Positions 62,031 through 64,000 of a DNA stretch of 64,000 nucleotides are shown here, one piece after another. The stretch is from Candidatus Krumholzibacteriota bacterium. GTDB taxonomy: Bacteria > Krumholzibacteriota > Krumholzibacteriia > JAJRXK01. The translations under genes were made by a program, and so were the position numbers. The notes below the pieces were generated by a model, which was given only the letters and a program-made list of their open reading frames with translations, had not been told where the DNA came from and searched no databases. Position 1 is the stretch's first letter, and each line of letters opens with the position of its first letter. Location: positions 416,001 through 480,000 of the forward strand of contig CAVXTH010000006.1 in the NCBI GenBank assembly GCA_963764625.1, in the 5' to 3' direction.

Positions 62031-62882
62031 GTGCCTCAGATTGGAATCAATGAGCCGCTGCGCGAACTCGAGTTCGTCGCGTTCGATACCGAAACCACCG
62101 GGCTCTCCGCCGCGATGGAGCGCGTGGTGGAGCTCTCCGCCGTGCGCTTTCGATTTGACGGAACGCAACTCACAAGCTTCGACGAACTGATCGATCCGAA
62201 GCGGCCCATTCCCCCCGACGCGGCACGGATCCACGGGATCAGCGACGCCATGGTGCAGGGGAAGCCGTCTGTAGACGAAGTACTGCCCCGCTTCCTGAAA
62301 TTCTGTGAAGGCGCGGTTCTGCTGGCCCACAACGCGGAGTTCGATCTCGGCTTCCTCGTACACGAAGCGGCGCGAGGTGAGATCACTTTGCCCACGCCGC
62401 CCGTGCTGGATACCGTCGAGATTTCGCGACGGCTTCGTCCAGATCTACCCAATCACAAACTGGCGACGATCGCGCGCGCCCTGGGCTGTGAGCCGACCAC
62501 CTACCATCGAGCGCTCGCCGACGCCGAGACTCTCAAGTCGAGCTTTCTGAAACTGATGGAAGAGCGACACCAGCAGAGCACTCTCGCCGATCTTCTCAAC
62601 GACACCGGGAGCGCGTTGACCTTCGGCTGGCCCGATCGCACGCGAGCCTGGTTGCCTCCGCGGCTGCGCGCCATCGACGACGCCATGATGTCCGGGAGCA
62701 AGGTCACCATCGTCTATCGACCCGAGGGACATCGCGAGGAGGCCCGCGAGATCGTGCCGCGCGCGTATTTGCGGCGCCCGGGGGTCACCTTTCTCATGGG
62801 CCGACTCGACGGGGGCGCGGATCGGAATTACCGCCTTGCGTGGATCGTGCGGGCTCATATGGCCCAGGCCACCCTTTTTTGA
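62031..62882 (+). CDS. DEDDh 3'-5' exonuclease (DnaQ-like) with C-terminal WYL-like domain
   Basis: FDTETTG, HNAEFD and HRALADA exonuclease motifs. C-terminus AMMSGSKVTIVY...REIVP...RNYRLAWI. AAGGAG RBS before GTG 62031. Confidence 0.8.
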   Translation: MPQIGINEPLRELEFVAFDTETTGLSAAMERVVELSAVRFRFDGTQLTSFDELIDPKRPIPPDAARIHGISDAMVQGKPSVDEVLPRFLKFCEGAVLLAHNAEFDLGFLVHEAARGEITLPTPPVLDTVEISRRLRPDLPNHKLATIARALGCEPTTYHRALADAETLKSSFLKLMEERHQQSTLADLLNDTGSALTFGWPDRTRAWLPPRLRAIDDAMMSGSKVTIVYRPEGHREEAREIVPRAYLRRPGVTFLMGRLDGGADRNYRLAWIVRAHMAQATLF

Positions 62883-62974
62883 TCGGCCGCTCGGTCGCGG
62901 GTGGCCTCAATGGCGGGAACCGCCCAAGCTGAGCGCACATATAAGGGAGAGACTGGCGGCGTGGGCCTCGAAGA

Positions 62975-63004
62975 TTGACAGGTGGGCGATTCCCCATTTA
63001 GATT
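62975..63004 (+). promoter_or_regulatory. Putative sigma70 promoter
   Basis: TTGACA-N18-TAGATT upstream of the TPR gene. Confidence 0.45.
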
Positions 63005-63080
63005 GCCGCGATTCCAACTCCTCGAAATCGACCGCTATTCTCGGTCATCATTCCACGTTCGTTTCGGAGGTTCGTGAACC

Positions 63081-64000
63081 GTGAAGTCTCTCGCAATCAG
63101 TGTCCGGGCCGGCGCCATCCTCTTCGTACTCATGCTCTTCAGTGCCGGAGCCGTCCTCGCCGAGTGCTCACCGAGTGAAATGGCGGCCGCTCGCCAGGCC
63201 TACGATACCGCGTACGCGTTCGTGCAGCAGGGGAAGTGGAATACGGCCATCCGGAGCCTCGAGAAAGCGCAAGAGCAGTGTCCCGACCACTGGCAGAGCA
63301 AGGAGCTTCTGGCGCAGGCCTATCTGCGCACCAAGGACTATGAAAAGTCCGTGGTGGAATACAAGGCGCTCATTCAGGGAAAGTACAAGGGCTCCGTGGA
63401 CAGCACCGAAACTCGCGTGCTCTCCGGTTACGGTTTCGCTCTCTTGAAGGCGGAGAACGTCAAGGACGCCGAGGCAGTCTATCTTGCCTACATCAAGAAG
63501 GACCCGAGAAACGAAGATCCCTACAAGCGAATCGTCTACGTCTACGAGGCAACCAAGCGCTACGACGACGCCATCAAATACGAGAAGAAGCTCTATGAGA
63601 TGAATCCGGAAGAGCACGAGTACACCAAGAAGATCGGCGATCTCTATCTGAAGAAGGGTGACAACGCGTCAGCCCAGGAATGGTATTCGAAGGCCGCCGC
63701 CGAGGGCATCGCGACGCGCGGCGCCTACGAGCTCGGCCTCGAACACATGAAGGCCGGCCGCTTCGAGGCCGCCGCCAAAGCCTTCCAGGATTACGTGTCC
63801 GGGAAGCCGAAGAATGCATCCGGCTGGCAGAATCTGGGCTATTGCTACACCAAGATGGGGCAAAACAAGAAGGCGATCGAAGCCTACGAGACTGCACTTT
63901 CCATCGAGGCGGGACGCCACAGCGTCGCCGCGAGTCTCGGGTTTCTCTACCTCGAAAACCAGCGAGTCGACGACGCGGAGAAGATCGCCCGCGACGCCAT
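63081..64000 (+). CDS. Exported tetratricopeptide-repeat protein (partial, runs off the window)
   Basis: Not in the ORF track because it has no stop in the window. GGAGG RBS, then MKSLAISVRAGAILFVLMLFSAGAVLA signal peptide and TPR-like helices (e.g. WQNLGYCYTKMGQNKKAIEAYETAL). Confidence 0.8.
   Translation, partial: MKSLAISVRAGAILFVLMLFSAGAVLAECSPSEMAAARQAYDTAYAFVQQGKWNTAIRSLEKAQEQCPDHWQSKELLAQAYLRTKDYEKSVVEYKALIQGKYKGSVDSTETRVLSGYGFALLKAENVKDAEAVYLAYIKKDPRNEDPYKRIVYVYEATKRYDDAIKYEKKLYEMNPEEHEYTKKIGDLYLKKGDNASAQEWYSKAAAEGIATRGAYELGLEHMKAGRFEAAAKAFQDYVSGKPKNASGWQNLGYCYTKMGQNKKAIEAYETALSIEAGRHSVAASLGFLYLENQRVDDAEKIARDA

Overview
A GC-rich bacterial chromosomal window of about 45 genes. I found no rRNA, tRNA, CRISPR array, prophage or IS element. 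Three secreted proteins end in a QNxPNPFNP...MxLxK (FlgD-Ig/T9SS-type) tail, which suggests an FCB-associated candidate lineage such as Krumholzibacteriota, Eisenbacteria or Latescibacterota (inference only). Housekeeping genes include valS, a rodZ-like gene, uvrB, nadC-birA-coaX, groES-groEL (two CIRCE-like operators), fumC, rocD, aceE, etfBA and an alkA-like gene. The strongest candidate for a new system is a tightly coupled five-gene minus-strand operon at 54777-59812: DUF2270, serine palmitoyltransferase, bacterial ceramide synthase-like GNAT, SDR reductase and an AUR1/IPC-synthase-like PAP2 enzyme. It looks like a complete (phospho)sphingolipid pathway, with a GT4 glycosyltransferase transcribed divergently. 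Other unusual items: a Rho whose RNA-binding OB domain is replaced by a basic disordered tract, a fungal LYS4-type single-chain homoaconitase, a HisKA-receiver protein with no ATPase domain, a DEDDh exonuclease-WYL fusion, an ECF sigma/Ser-Thr kinase/secreted-protein module, and an unannotated 22-aa hydrophobic peptide. About 15 frameshifts occur, all in the first 31 kb, and are most likely assembly indel errors. All calls come from reading motifs by eye; no searches were run.
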